IMG/VR virus record: IMGVR_UViG_3300034777_000158
Span: 1-46,538 of that record
Source of the DNA: a virus
Taxonomy: Duplodnaviria > Caudoviricetes
Direction: 5' to 3' (one strand)
Length of the DNA stretch: 46,538 nt
The notes below the pieces were generated by a model, which was not told the origin of the DNA, made no database searches, and saw nothing but the letters and a program-made list of their open reading frames with translations. Shown piece after piece: positions 1 to 9,237 of the stretch (position 1 is the stretch's first letter; every line of letters begins with the position of its first letter). A program made the translations under genes and the position numbers.

Positions 1-2
1 CA

Positions 3-215
3 CCCCCGCATTACAACACTGGAAATATAGAGTGCATAGACGCCATCGAGCAGTCTATGACACCCCACGCTTTCAAAGGTTACTGCAAAGGTAATGCACT
101 GAAATACATTTGGAGGATGTCCTATAAGGGCAAGCCGGTAGAGGATCTCCGTAAAGCTGTGTGGTACTTAGAACGTCTTATTAAGTTTGAAATAGATAAT
201 CCAACCAACAAATGA
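3..215 (+). CDS. DUF3310 / T7 gp1.7-like nucleotide kinase (5' truncated)
   Basis: Manual translation: PPHYNTGNIECIDAIEQ...YCKGNALKYIWR...KGKPVEDLRKAVWYL, the typical family signature. Confidence 0.85.
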   Translation, partial: PPHYNTGNIECIDAIEQSMTPHAFKGYCKGNALKYIWRMSYKGKPVEDLRKAVWYLERLIKFEIDNPTNK

Positions 216-517
216 CTACGCCCTTTACTGATGTATCAGCAGCAGTAGAAGAGGGGCACTTCATACAACACGAACTCAAAAAGACCTGTTACCTGGTCTG
301 TGATGACGACCGCAACTTATTTGTAATCACTGATGATCAATACAGTCGTGAGAAGTGGAACGCACACACAGTCATCGAGATATTTCATCGAGGAGGATGC
401 AATGAAGACAAAAGAGTTTTTCCAAAACTTGTCGAGCCTAGAGGACGACAACATACACCCCGAGTTCCACGTCTATACCGCAGTATGGATGAAGTCGCGG
501 ATGCCAGAGGCATATAA
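212..517 (+). CDS. Hypothetical phage protein
   Basis: ATGA-coupled to the upstream gene; its 3' part overlaps the next ORF. Confidence 0.5.
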   Translation: MTTPFTDVSAAVEEGHFIQHELKKTCYLVCDDDRNLFVITDDQYSREKWNAHTVIEIFHRGGCNEDKRVFPKLVEPRGRQHTPRVPRLYRSMDEVADARGI

Positions 518-605
518 AGAACTCAAATCCAGCTTCAAAAACATCGAAGGCGAGATCATGGCGCAATACGCCTGTGACGACAACAACACGGAGCTACCTT
601 TCTAA
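402..605 (+). CDS. Hypothetical phage protein (MKTKEFF...ELPF)
   Basis: AGGAGG RBS before ATG 402; TAATG-coupled to polA. Confidence 0.6.
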   Translation: MKTKEFFQNLSSLEDDNIHPEFHVYTAVWMKSRMPEAYKELKSSFKNIEGEIMAQYACDDNNTELPF

Positions 606-2404
606 TGGATGTGGTTACTCTCGACTTTGAAACCTATTACGCCAAAGATTTATCCCTAACCAAAATGACCACAATGGAGTACGTCAGCCACGAGAAATTC
701 AAAGTGTGGGGCGTAGGCATCAAGATTGATCATGATGAAACCGAATGGTTCGGCGAGGACGAGTGCGAAGACGCTCTACGGTCCCTGGACTGGGACAACG
801 TAATGCTTGTATGCCACAACACACCATTCGATGGGTATATATTGACGCAGTATTACGGACTAGTGCCAAAATACTACGTTGACACCGCAGCAATGAGTCG
901 CGGCTTATATCCAGGTCAAAGCGCCCGTTTAAAAGACGTAGCTATACGCTGTTTCCCCAATGACGCGACAATGCGTAAAGGTGAAGAGCTAGCCAATGCT
1001 AAAGGTGTATATGACTTAGATCCTGAGTTAGAAGAATCCATTGCAGGCTACTGCATACAAGATGTCGACCTAACCTACGCTATCTATAGACAGTGGCTAG
1101 ATAAGATGCCGACTAGCGAGTTAGATCTTATAGACCTCACATGTCGCATGTTTTGCGAACCCAAGATAAAAATTGACCGCGAACGACTGACAAAGTACCA
1201 CGCACAAGAGTTCGAGAATGCCGAGTCAACTATCGCTGCAGCAGGCATCGATCGCAAAGTGCTGAGTTCCAACCAACAGTTTGCGCAATACATCCATGAG
1301 CTTGGCCTAGTACCACCAACAAAGGTCAGTCCAACCACTGGTAAAAAAATACCAGCACTAGGTAAGAACGACAAAGCGTTTACTCAAATGCAACAGATGT
1401 ACCCTGAACACCAGCACTTATGGGATGCACGTATTGCAATAAAGAGTCGACTTACTGAAACCAGAGCAAAGCGCTTCTTAGAAGCTGCCTGGAAGGATGA
1501 CTGGCTACCCGTTCCACTGCGGTACTACGCAGCACACACCGGACGATTCGGCGGTACTGACAAACTAAATATGCAGAACCTACCTAGAGGTGGTGAGCTA
1601 CGCAAATGCATCGTAGCACCAGACGACGAACTCCTGTTCGTTGCTGATCTGTCTAACATTGAAGCACGGATGTTAGCCTGGTTAGCTGGTGAAACAGAAC
1701 TTGTTGAGCAATTTCGTAGTGGCGACGACATCTACAGTAACTTCGCCTCTAAGATTTATGAGCGACCTATTAATAAGAAAGACGATCCTATTGAACGCTT
1801 CGTAGGTAAGACAGCTATCTTAGGTCTTGGTTACGGCATGGGTGCTCAGAAGTTCAAGGACACATTAGAAGCTGGAGCTATGGGCCCACCCGTACACTTT
1901 ACTCTTGAGAAAGCAAAGCAGATCGTCAATACATATCGCAATACATACTCAGGTATACAAAATCTGTGGCGTAAACTAGAAGACTTACTCAAGCAAACTA
2001 TGCACTCAGACAACTGGGGCAATAGGTACGGGCCACTGACCGTTGGCAACAACACATTACAATTGCCAAATGGCTTAGGACTTAGATATCACAACCTGAG
2101 ATCTACTAATCAAGGATTGATGTACGACTCCCGCAACAAGAATGAATACACGTACGGCGGACGCATAACAGAAAACGTAATCCAAGCCTTAGCTCGCATA
2201 GTTATTACAGACAGCATGTTGCGACTAGACAAAACTCACGATGTTGCACTAACAGTACACGATGAAATAATTATTACTAGCACTAATAATGATGCTGATG
2301 CTACAATGGAAAACATCATTTCTGACATGTGTATAGCACCTTGTTGGGCACCTGATTTACCGCTAGATGCAGAAGGCGGTTATGCCAAGGAATACAGTAA
2401 ATAG
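605..2404 (+). CDS. polA: Family A DNA polymerase with 3'-5' exonuclease domain
   Basis: ExoI LDFET, HTGRFGG, motif A DLSNIEAR, motif B KTAILGLGYG, motif C TVHDE. Confidence 0.95.
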   Translation: MDVVTLDFETYYAKDLSLTKMTTMEYVSHEKFKVWGVGIKIDHDETEWFGEDECEDALRSLDWDNVMLVCHNTPFDGYILTQYYGLVPKYYVDTAAMSRGLYPGQSARLKDVAIRCFPNDATMRKGEELANAKGVYDLDPELEESIAGYCIQDVDLTYAIYRQWLDKMPTSELDLIDLTCRMFCEPKIKIDRERLTKYHAQEFENAESTIAAAGIDRKVLSSNQQFAQYIHELGLVPPTKVSPTTGKKIPALGKNDKAFTQMQQMYPEHQHLWDARIAIKSRLTETRAKRFLEAAWKDDWLPVPLRYYAAHTGRFGGTDKLNMQNLPRGGELRKCIVAPDDELLFVADLSNIEARMLAWLAGETELVEQFRSGDDIYSNFASKIYERPINKKDDPIERFVGKTAILGLGYGMGAQKFKDTLEAGAMGPPVHFTLEKAKQIVNTYRNTYSGIQNLWRKLEDLLKQTMHSDNWGNRYGPLTVGNNTLQLPNGLGLRYHNLRSTNQGLMYDSRNKNEYTYGGRITENVIQALARIVITDSMLRLDKTHDVALTVHDEIIITSTNNDADATMENIISDMCIAPCWAPDLPLDAEGGYAKEYSK

Positions 2405-2405
2405 A

Positions 2406-2585
2406 ATGTCGAGACTCGTTTTGACCAGAAAACTAAATGAATCTGTCGTCGTCCATCAAGACGACAAGGTTCTGCTTGCGGTCAAAATATCCAAGATCGA
2501 TAGAAACCAAATTCGCCTCGCGTTTGATGCCGATAAAGAAGTAAAGATCGATCGGCAAGAGGTGTTTGAGAAAGCCGAAGACTAG
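2406..2585 (+). CDS. csrA: CsrA/RsmA-like translational regulator
   Basis: MSRLVLTRKLNESVVV...QIRLAFDADKEVKIDRQEV parallels CsrA MLILTR..GE....VRIGV.APKEV.VHREEI; 59 aa. Confidence 0.85.
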   Translation: MSRLVLTRKLNESVVVHQDDKVLLAVKISKIDRNQIRLAFDADKEVKIDRQEVFEKAED

Positions 2586-2654
2586 CACCCATCTACTTTA
2601 CCTGCGCCCATCTGCAGAAAGTACGTTAGTTGCAGGCTCAGGAGGAGCTTTAAT

Positions 2655-5165
2655 TTGCGCATCACTTTTCTAGAGGCTACAAACGGCCTCCCACTTAGTA
2701 AGCACTACACAAAAGGTAGTGGGTTCAAACCATATCCACATGTGAAAGCAGTTACGTCTCATCGTTACGACATAAATGTCGACACAGGTTTAGAAGACTT
2801 CGAACGCCTTATCCGAGAGCATGGCAGTAAAGGCCATTGTCTTATGAAAGGTAGTCTAAAGCGCGATTTAGTAGATGAGTCTCGTGCCGGACAGACAAAT
2901 AGAACAGAGCTAACAAACCTTCTTGTATTAGACATTGACGGCATTCGACTACCTAAGTCTACTAATTCAGGCGACAAGCTATCCAGTACAGACGTTACGT
3001 TTCTAGCTAATCAAATCGTCGCTGAGCTACCTATAGAACTACGAGACGTGAGCTATGTTGCTCAAGCCTCGGCTAGTTTGGGTCTGAAAGGCGACAAAGT
3101 ATCAATGCACATCTTTATGCTGCTATCAGTGGCAATGCCAGCTAAGTCAGTGAAGCTATGGTTACAAGACTGCAACTTTGAGTCTGATATATTCAGCGAG
3201 CAAATGGAACTGTCTGTCAACGGACAGTCACTCAAGTACCCACTAGATACTTCAGTAGCCGACAACTCAAAGATTATATTCATAGCACCACCAACGTTTA
3301 GTCATGTACGATCTAATCCATTTGAGACTGACGAAGACCGGATTGTCAAAGTAGACCGCGGACAACCGACAATCGACCTAGCATCTCTGATGTCTGACAT
3401 AAGTCCTCAACGATGCCACGAAAAAGCTCAGAAGCACAAAGATAAGTTGCGCGATGCAGCAGGCTTCAGCAAACGTCAGACTAAGATTCGCGTAGCAACC
3501 ATCGACAATCAGACCGAAGAAGTTTTATCTAACCCTGACAAGATGGCTATCGCGATCGTCGACGAGACTTCATTTCCGTACATACGCTGCAACATCAACG
3601 GTGGTGACTCAGGCGCGTACTACTTCAACATGTCCAAACCAACGTACATGTACAACTTCAAAGATGAACCATTATTTGAGATCGAGAAAGCTGACAAAGA
3701 CTTCTACGTATCTATATTTGACCGCTATGAAGAGCGCCTCGAAGAAGTAGGACATGCGATCAAACCAATCGTTCTGCGTGATTACTCAACAGATACTTTT
3801 TTCAACGGTGTATACGATCCGAACACCAAACAATTTGCCAAAGAGTATCCACTAACACCTGTTGCCAAAAACAATATTGAAGACTTCTTTATGAACCACG
3901 GTAAAGTCCCACCTGACTTTATCCCAGACGGACGAGTTATCTTTGACCCTACGTCTAATGAAGAAGCAATCAACTTTAACCAAGTTCCGTATTACGTAAA
4001 CACGTACCAAAGAAGCGACTACGTGCGTAATGCAAAGACGCCTAGTGCGCCACTAGAGATTGGCCACGGACAACGGATAAAGGACACCTGCCCACTGATA
4101 CATACCATCATCTACCACATACTTGGCAATGGTGATGAAGAATACGAACGCTTTATTAACTGGTTAGCTTATATCTACCAGACTAGAAAAAAGACAGGAG
4201 TATCCTGGGTACTGACAGGCACACAAGGTACTGGTAAAGGTATCTTTTATTCGAAGATACTCAGAGGATTGTTTGGCACACCACATGTGCCTATGAAGTT
4301 TCTGCAAAGCATGGAAGAACAGTTCAATCTGTATATGCGAGATGCGCTATTCCTGGTAGTTGATGAGTTCCATATGGCTTCAGCATCATCTAGCGCAGGT
4401 AAGATGGCAGACAAACTAAAGAACCAGATCACTGAACCTACGATCACAATACGTGGCATGCGTAGCAATCAGGTAGAAGTCGAGAGTTACACCAACTACT
4501 TGTTCTTAACGAACCGAGTAGATGCAGTGAACATCGAGACAGGAGATCGCCGGTACAACATTGCACCTAAACAAGAAGAAAAGCTGCTCGATAAGTTCCC
4601 AGGCATTGCTAAGCAATTAGACTCAGGCAAGCTGGAGAAAGAACTGTATGAATTTGCTGGTCTTATGCAGACATACAAAGTAGATGCCCACTTAGCTAAG
4701 ACTGCAATCAACAACCTTGCTAAAGAGCAGATGCGTAACGTATCAATGTCTGTGTTTGAAGAGTTCTGCCAGGCACTTAAAGAAGGCAAGCTAAGCTACT
4801 TCACTGACATACTAGATATCAACACAGCAACTGTACTGCACTCCAACGAGATTGAAGCAGCGCAGCGACTTGTTAAATCATGGATTGCAACCGCTAGAGA
4901 TCCATTTGCAGTAATACCAATGGAACACTTGCGCACTGTATTTCACGTACAGACAGAGCAAAACCCGCGCCTTTCACAACGTGAGTTCACAAAACGCATG
5001 AGTAGAAACGGCGTCGAAACAGAGCGTAAACGCCCGTACGGAGCAAACAGAGACGCCAGCGTAATACGCGGAGTTGTTACTACGTGGCAGTCAAACGAAT
5101 TAGAACTCAAGCGATTGCAAGAATCATATTTCACGGAACACGACCGTAAATTGCTTACGGTTTAA
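2655..5165 (+). CDS. Primase fused to SF3/DUF5906-type helicase
   Basis: N-terminal LDIDG and H motifs; Walker A GTQGTGKG, Walker B VVDE, LTN sensor; GGAGGAG RBS before TTG start. Confidence 0.85.
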   Translation: MRITFLEATNGLPLSKHYTKGSGFKPYPHVKAVTSHRYDINVDTGLEDFERLIREHGSKGHCLMKGSLKRDLVDESRAGQTNRTELTNLLVLDIDGIRLPKSTNSGDKLSSTDVTFLANQIVAELPIELRDVSYVAQASASLGLKGDKVSMHIFMLLSVAMPAKSVKLWLQDCNFESDIFSEQMELSVNGQSLKYPLDTSVADNSKIIFIAPPTFSHVRSNPFETDEDRIVKVDRGQPTIDLASLMSDISPQRCHEKAQKHKDKLRDAAGFSKRQTKIRVATIDNQTEEVLSNPDKMAIAIVDETSFPYIRCNINGGDSGAYYFNMSKPTYMYNFKDEPLFEIEKADKDFYVSIFDRYEERLEEVGHAIKPIVLRDYSTDTFFNGVYDPNTKQFAKEYPLTPVAKNNIEDFFMNHGKVPPDFIPDGRVIFDPTSNEEAINFNQVPYYVNTYQRSDYVRNAKTPSAPLEIGHGQRIKDTCPLIHTIIYHILGNGDEEYERFINWLAYIYQTRKKTGVSWVLTGTQGTGKGIFYSKILRGLFGTPHVPMKFLQSMEEQFNLYMRDALFLVVDEFHMASASSSAGKMADKLKNQITEPTITIRGMRSNQVEVESYTNYLFLTNRVDAVNIETGDRRYNIAPKQEEKLLDKFPGIAKQLDSGKLEKELYEFAGLMQTYKVDAHLAKTAINNLAKEQMRNVSMSVFEEFCQALKEGKLSYFTDILDINTATVLHSNEIEAAQRLVKSWIATARDPFAVIPMEHLRTVFHVQTEQNPRLSQREFTKRMSRNGVETERKRPYGANRDASVIRGVVTTWQSNELELKRLQESYFTEHDRKLLTV

Positions 5166-5166
5166 A

Positions 5167-5183
5167 TATTAGTTATACTAATA
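5167..5183. promoter_or_regulatory. Operator-like palindrome TATTAG-N5-CTAATA
   Basis: tattag ttata ctaata, intergenic and overlapping a TATAAT. Confidence 0.7.
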
Positions 5184-5209
5184 TAATAGAACAATATAGA
5201 AGGATTCAC

Positions 5210-5959
5210 ATGGTTCAGCTGACTCAGGACGTGAGGCCAGATGGCGACAAGCCAATGGAAAAACCAAAAGAACTAGGTCCGCTCAGGGCTTGGTCTTACT
5301 CCGCATTGAAAGTATACGAAGATTGTCCCTACCGATCGTACATTCAGAAAGTAAAGAAGATACGAGAGCCTTCAGGTGCTGCAGCAGAACGCGGCACTAT
5401 GATCCACCAAGAAGCAGAAGACTACGTCAACGGTACGCTTGGCGAGTTCCCTGACTCATGCAAGAAATTCAAAAACGAATTCGAAGAACTACGCGCTGGA
5501 TTTATTGATGCGAAGGTTGAGCTTGAAGGTGAGTGGGGCTTTGATCTTGACTGGCAACCAGTCGGATGGATGGAAGCTGCTACATGGGCTCGTATCAAAC
5601 TAGATGCTCTTGTACATGAAGACGAACAATCAGCACGAGTTATTGACTATAAGACAGGCAAAAAGTTTGGCAATGAGATAACGCACAGCCAACAAGGTCT
5701 GCTCTACGCCATAGGCACGTTCTTTAGATTCCCACAACTCGAGTTTGTACAAGTAGAGTTTTGGTATCTCGACAAAGGTGAGACAACCAAGAAGCAATAC
5801 AGCAGAGAGCAGGCTATGCAGTTTGCTCCAGGGTGGCATAAACGAGCAATCATTATGACTACCGCTACAGAATTTGATCCAACACCCAGTAAAGACAGTT
5901 GCAGATGGTGCTCTTACCGTAAAGGTGATCATCCAGAATGCCACTGGGGCGTTGACTAA
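5210..5959 (+). CDS. PD-(D/E)XK (RecB/Cas4-like) exonuclease
   Basis: WSYS...CP, GT.IH, KLD...IDYKTG, Q..LY, C-terminal CRWC...C. Confidence 0.9.
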   Translation: MVQLTQDVRPDGDKPMEKPKELGPLRAWSYSALKVYEDCPYRSYIQKVKKIREPSGAAAERGTMIHQEAEDYVNGTLGEFPDSCKKFKNEFEELRAGFIDAKVELEGEWGFDLDWQPVGWMEAATWARIKLDALVHEDEQSARVIDYKTGKKFGNEITHSQQGLLYAIGTFFRFPQLEFVQVEFWYLDKGETTKKQYSREQAMQFAPGWHKRAIIMTTATEFDPTPSKDSCRWCSYRKGDHPECHWGVD

Positions 5960-5989
5960 CCAACTTACTCCTCCCCGTGTAAGCCTTTT

Positions 5990-6022
5990 GCCCTGAAGAC
6001 TGTATGTGTCAGGGCTTTTTTT
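5990..6022 (+). terminator. Rho-independent terminator
   Basis: gccctga...tcagggc stem followed by T7. Confidence 0.75.
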
Positions 6023-6066
6023 CGCGCATAAAAAAGCACAACAACAACACTTTTAAGGACCAATAA

Positions 6067-6177
6067 ATGTTTCGAGTCATCCTACAAGTAATAGGTATTT
6101 TTGAGCTATACGGCTATTACAAAAAATTCAAAGAAAAACAAGAAGACGAGGGTAAAAAAGATGATCCAGATATTTGA
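6067..6177 (+). CDS. Small hypothetical protein (36 aa)
   Basis: Manual translation MFRVILQVIGIFELYGYYKKFKEKQEDEGKKDDPDI; TAAGGA RBS. Confidence 0.45.
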   Translation: MFRVILQVIGIFELYGYYKKFKEKQEDEGKKDDPDI

Positions 6178-6292
6178 ATACTTGTTAGCAGGCATAGTTT
6201 TTATTGTCTTCGCCATCCTAACTTATGGCGGTTACCTATTAGAGAAAGACGAACAAGATGAATGGGAGAAACGCAATGACGATAAATTATAA
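6161..6292 (+). CDS. Small single-TM membrane protein
   Basis: Hydrophobic YLLAGIVFIVFAILTYGGYLL followed by a charged tail. Confidence 0.5.
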   Translation: MIQIFEYLLAGIVFIVFAILTYGGYLLEKDEQDEWEKRNDDKL

Positions 6293-6330
6293 AGAGCTGC
6301 TGTGCGGCCACATGAAGGAGATGATCGACG

Positions 6331-6642
6331 ATGCATATGTACTACAAACGAGACGGGAGCCAAGTCGAATACAAGCTCGTCACAGATCCGAAGGAAGCGA
6401 CAGTGTGGAGTACACACCGTTTGAAGAAGTCAGAGATCAAGATCATGACCAAAGCAGACAGGACAACAGCCGCTAAACTACGAGAGGAGATACTCGATGA
6501 CATCCTTAGCAGAGAACCTAATCCCAGTAAAAAATCTACGTCCGCCACACACGAGGTACCGCAAAGGCGTAAAGCCTCCCAGCCTCAACATGTTAAAGCG
6601 CGGCAAACAAAACAAAAAGCTAGGCGACAAAGTAAGCGTTAA
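6331..6642 (+). CDS. Hypothetical protein
   Basis: AAGGAG RBS; overlaps both neighbouring ORFs. Confidence 0.45.
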   Translation: MHMYYKRDGSQVEYKLVTDPKEATVWSTHRLKKSEIKIMTKADRTTAAKLREEILDDILSREPNPSKKSTSATHEVPQRRKASQPQHVKARQTKQKARRQSKR

Positions 6643-7192
6643 GAAGTGGAAGGGTATGACTATGTACTCTCTCACGCTTGAAGAACGCGCTACGTGTCCT
6701 AGTGACTGTGAGCAGTGGGACAACTGCTATGGCGACAACATGCCGTTCGCTCATAGGTTCGACCACACCGACCCGACCTTCAAAGATCAGTTAGGTATGC
6801 AACTAGAGCAATTAAACCGTAAGCACCCAGAAGGTTTCGTTGTGCGCTTACATGTCCTCGGTGATTTCTATGACGGTCTGTACATTGTCCAGTGGCAGTT
6901 GTGGTTACACCAGCTTGAGAACCTACATGTGTTTGGGTACACACACCATTCATATACTTCACAGCTAGGCACCATGATTAGCAACGTTAACAGTATCCAC
7001 AGTGACCGCTTCCGTGTCCGGTTCTCAGATGATTGGGATACAGAACTGAGTGCGCATGTGGTCCAATCAAGAGATTTAGAGTACGTCGAGCACGGTGTTA
7101 TATGTCCAGAACAGCTCGGCAAAACAGACAGCTGTGCCTCTTGTGGCTACTGCTGGTCCAGTGATCAGCCTGTCGTTTTTATTGAGCATTAA
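6497..7192 (+). CDS. Gp88-like Cys-rich (probable Fe-S) protein
   Basis: NKKLG, TCPSDC...CY, RLHVLGDFY, GYT, CP...CASCGYCW; GAGGAG RBS. Confidence 0.7.
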   Translation: MTSLAENLIPVKNLRPPHTRYRKGVKPPSLNMLKRGKQNKKLGDKVSVKKWKGMTMYSLTLEERATCPSDCEQWDNCYGDNMPFAHRFDHTDPTFKDQLGMQLEQLNRKHPEGFVVRLHVLGDFYDGLYIVQWQLWLHQLENLHVFGYTHHSYTSQLGTMISNVNSIHSDRFRVRFSDDWDTELSAHVVQSRDLEYVEHGVICPEQLGKTDSCASCGYCWSSDQPVVFIEH

Positions 7193-7209
7193 TATTAGTA
7201 AGGCTAATA
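7193..7209. promoter_or_regulatory. Operator-like palindrome
   Basis: tattag taagg ctaata. Confidence 0.7.
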
Positions 7210-7210
7210 A

Positions 7211-7387
7211 ATGAAGTTAACAACCCGTGAGTTACTACAACTCACACCGAAAAAAATAAAGGTGTCAGGCCACTATGGCTTCAAAGAACAAGAATGCAGA
7301 AAAGCATATTGCAAATGCCCGCCTGAGTGGCGCATAGGTGAGTGGCCTAACAACTGTAGAAGCTGCGGAAGACGGCACCGTATTTGA
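7211..7387 (+). CDS. Small Cys-rich (zinc-ribbon-like) protein, 58 aa
   Basis: Manual translation ...CRKAYCKCPPEWRIGEWPNNCRSCGRRHRI; fills the gap between two operators. Confidence 0.5.
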   Translation: MKLTTRELLQLTPKKIKVSGHYGFKEQECRKAYCKCPPEWRIGEWPNNCRSCGRRHRI

Positions 7388-7394
7388 ACCAAAA

Positions 7395-7411
7395 TATTAG
7401 TTATGCTAATA
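7395..7411. promoter_or_regulatory. Operator-like palindrome
   Basis: tattag ttatg ctaata, just upstream of the helicase start. Confidence 0.7.
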
Positions 7412-7431
7412 TATTAAACCATCAACGAGTG

Positions 7432-8787
7432 ATGACTATGTACGAACCTTTCGAACATCAAAAAGTCACGACTGACTTTATCATGCAGCACCCCCGCTGC
7501 TTAATTACATCTGATCCAGGCACTGGCAAGACACGTTCAGTGCTCGATGCAATCAAGCAAAGTAAAACCCGCACTTTAGTTTTAGCACCTCTGTCTATTC
7601 TCGAAAGCTCTTGGGGCGACGACATAGCGAAGTTTACGCCTGAGATTACATACTCTATTGCGTACGCTAAAAACCGTGAGAAAGCATTCCTGGGCACAGA
7701 GGATGTTGTGATCACTAATCACGATGCCGTTAAGTGGATTAAAAAGAATTACCACGTCTTGTGTGGCTTCGACACGCTAGTCATTGACGAGTTCACAGCG
7801 TTCAAGAACAAAGACAGCCAACGCAGCAAAGCGTGCCGGAAGATTGCAGAAGCATTTAGTAACCGTATCGCTATGTCTGGTACGCCCAACAGCAACACAA
7901 TCACGGACATCTGGCACCCGACACTTATCGTTGACGATGGTGAACGGTTAGGTCATCGCTTCTTTTCATTTAGAAGCAGTGTATGTACGTCTAGCTTTAA
8001 TGGTTTTGCTAACGAGTGGCATGACAAACCAGAAGCTCAAGAAATAGTTGGCGCTGCGCTAAGCGACATAAACATTAGGTACGAATTAACTGATTGTATC
8101 GACATGCCAGCGCAAAGTGTACACACCACGTACGTAACACTGCCTAAGAAAATACAGCAGCAGTACGAACAACTGGCCGAGGACAATGTCCTTTACACCG
8201 GACAAACGACAATCAACGCTGTGCATGCTGGTGCCAAAGTCAAAAAGCTGTTGCAGCTGTGTACTGGTTCAATATACGACGAACATGGTACAGCGCAGGG
8301 CATACACGCAGAGCGCTACGAGTTAGTAATGCAGCTTGTTGCTGAGCGTTCTCAATCGCTTGTCGCCTTCAACTGGAAGCACGAACGTGAGCAGCTAACC
8401 ATGCTCGCGGAAAAGATGGGCATTACCTACGGCGTCATTGATGGCTCCGTACAAGCGTCTAAACGAAAAGATATCGTCGACCGATTGCAAGCAGGCCAGC
8501 TGCAGGTGGTGTTCTGTCACCCCCAATCAGCAGGACACGGCCTGACTATGACCAAAGCAAAAACAGTCATATGGGCATCACCAACGTACAACGCCGAGCA
8601 TTACGTGCAATTCAACCGACGTATCTATCGAGCTGGTCAAACAGAAAAAACAGAAGTCATTCAAATCGCAGCTAAAGACACCTGGGAAACCGATGTGTAT
8701 CAAAAGCTAGCAGGTAAAACAGGAAAGATGGAAGAACTACTTTCAGTACTAAAACAACTACACACCAACCGGAGGATTGCATCATGA
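7432..8787 (+). CDS. SNF2-like superfamily 2 helicase
   Basis: HQ, DPGTGKT, VIDE, SGTP, SAGHGLT, Q..RIYRAGQ; start chosen downstream of the operator. Confidence 0.9.
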   Translation: MTMYEPFEHQKVTTDFIMQHPRCLITSDPGTGKTRSVLDAIKQSKTRTLVLAPLSILESSWGDDIAKFTPEITYSIAYAKNREKAFLGTEDVVITNHDAVKWIKKNYHVLCGFDTLVIDEFTAFKNKDSQRSKACRKIAEAFSNRIAMSGTPNSNTITDIWHPTLIVDDGERLGHRFFSFRSSVCTSSFNGFANEWHDKPEAQEIVGAALSDINIRYELTDCIDMPAQSVHTTYVTLPKKIQQQYEQLAEDNVLYTGQTTINAVHAGAKVKKLLQLCTGSIYDEHGTAQGIHAERYELVMQLVAERSQSLVAFNWKHEREQLTMLAEKMGITYGVIDGSVQASKRKDIVDRLQAGQLQVVFCHPQSAGHGLTMTKAKTVIWASPTYNAEHYVQFNRRIYRAGQTEKTEVIQIAAKDTWETDVYQKLAGKTGKMEELLSVLKQLHTNRRIAS

Positions 8788-9188
8788 AATTAGTAAAGCT
8801 AGAAGAATCGAGTTTGGAAAACCAAAGCATTACAGAACTAATCAACCATCGTGCCGACCTTAAAGGTCAGATGGATCAGCTGAACAAACAGCTAAAAGAA
8901 TTGCGTGGAGAACAAGATTACGTAGACGTTCTCCTGCTCAAGAAGATGGACACAGAAGGGGTTTCAAGAACAGCAAATGAAAACGCTTCTGTATCAATCA
9001 ACGAAGACACTGTGCCGAACGTAGATGACTGGGATGCTCTCTATGAGCATGTCACATCCACTCAGGATTTCAGTTTGCTTCAACGACGCGTTAGCTCCAC
9101 CGCTTACAAAGAGTTGCTCAAGATGGGAGAAAGCGTCCCTGGCTTGTCGCCTCGCTCTGTAAGGCGCGTTAACTTTCGAAAACTGTAA
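8784..9188 (+). CDS. Conserved-type phage protein with N-terminal coiled coil
   Basis: ATGA coupling, GGAGG RBS, heptad pattern, C-terminal VPG motif. Confidence 0.6.
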   Translation: MKLVKLEESSLENQSITELINHRADLKGQMDQLNKQLKELRGEQDYVDVLLLKKMDTEGVSRTANENASVSINEDTVPNVDDWDALYEHVTSTQDFSLLQRRVSSTAYKELLKMGESVPGLSPRSVRRVNFRKL

Positions 9189-9237
9189 CCGTAAAACTTA
9201 ACCATTAACAAATGACATTTAACAAGGAACAATCGAT

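Noticed and set aside
5210-5959. CRISPR Cas4
   Set aside because: No cas genes or array; a stand-alone phage exonuclease in the replication module
7384-7431. Extended TTG start for the helicase (similar extensions for csrA and the 31992, 42890 and 22773 starts)
   Set aside because: Extensions run through operators or upstream genes; downstream starts fit RBS, coupling or spacing better
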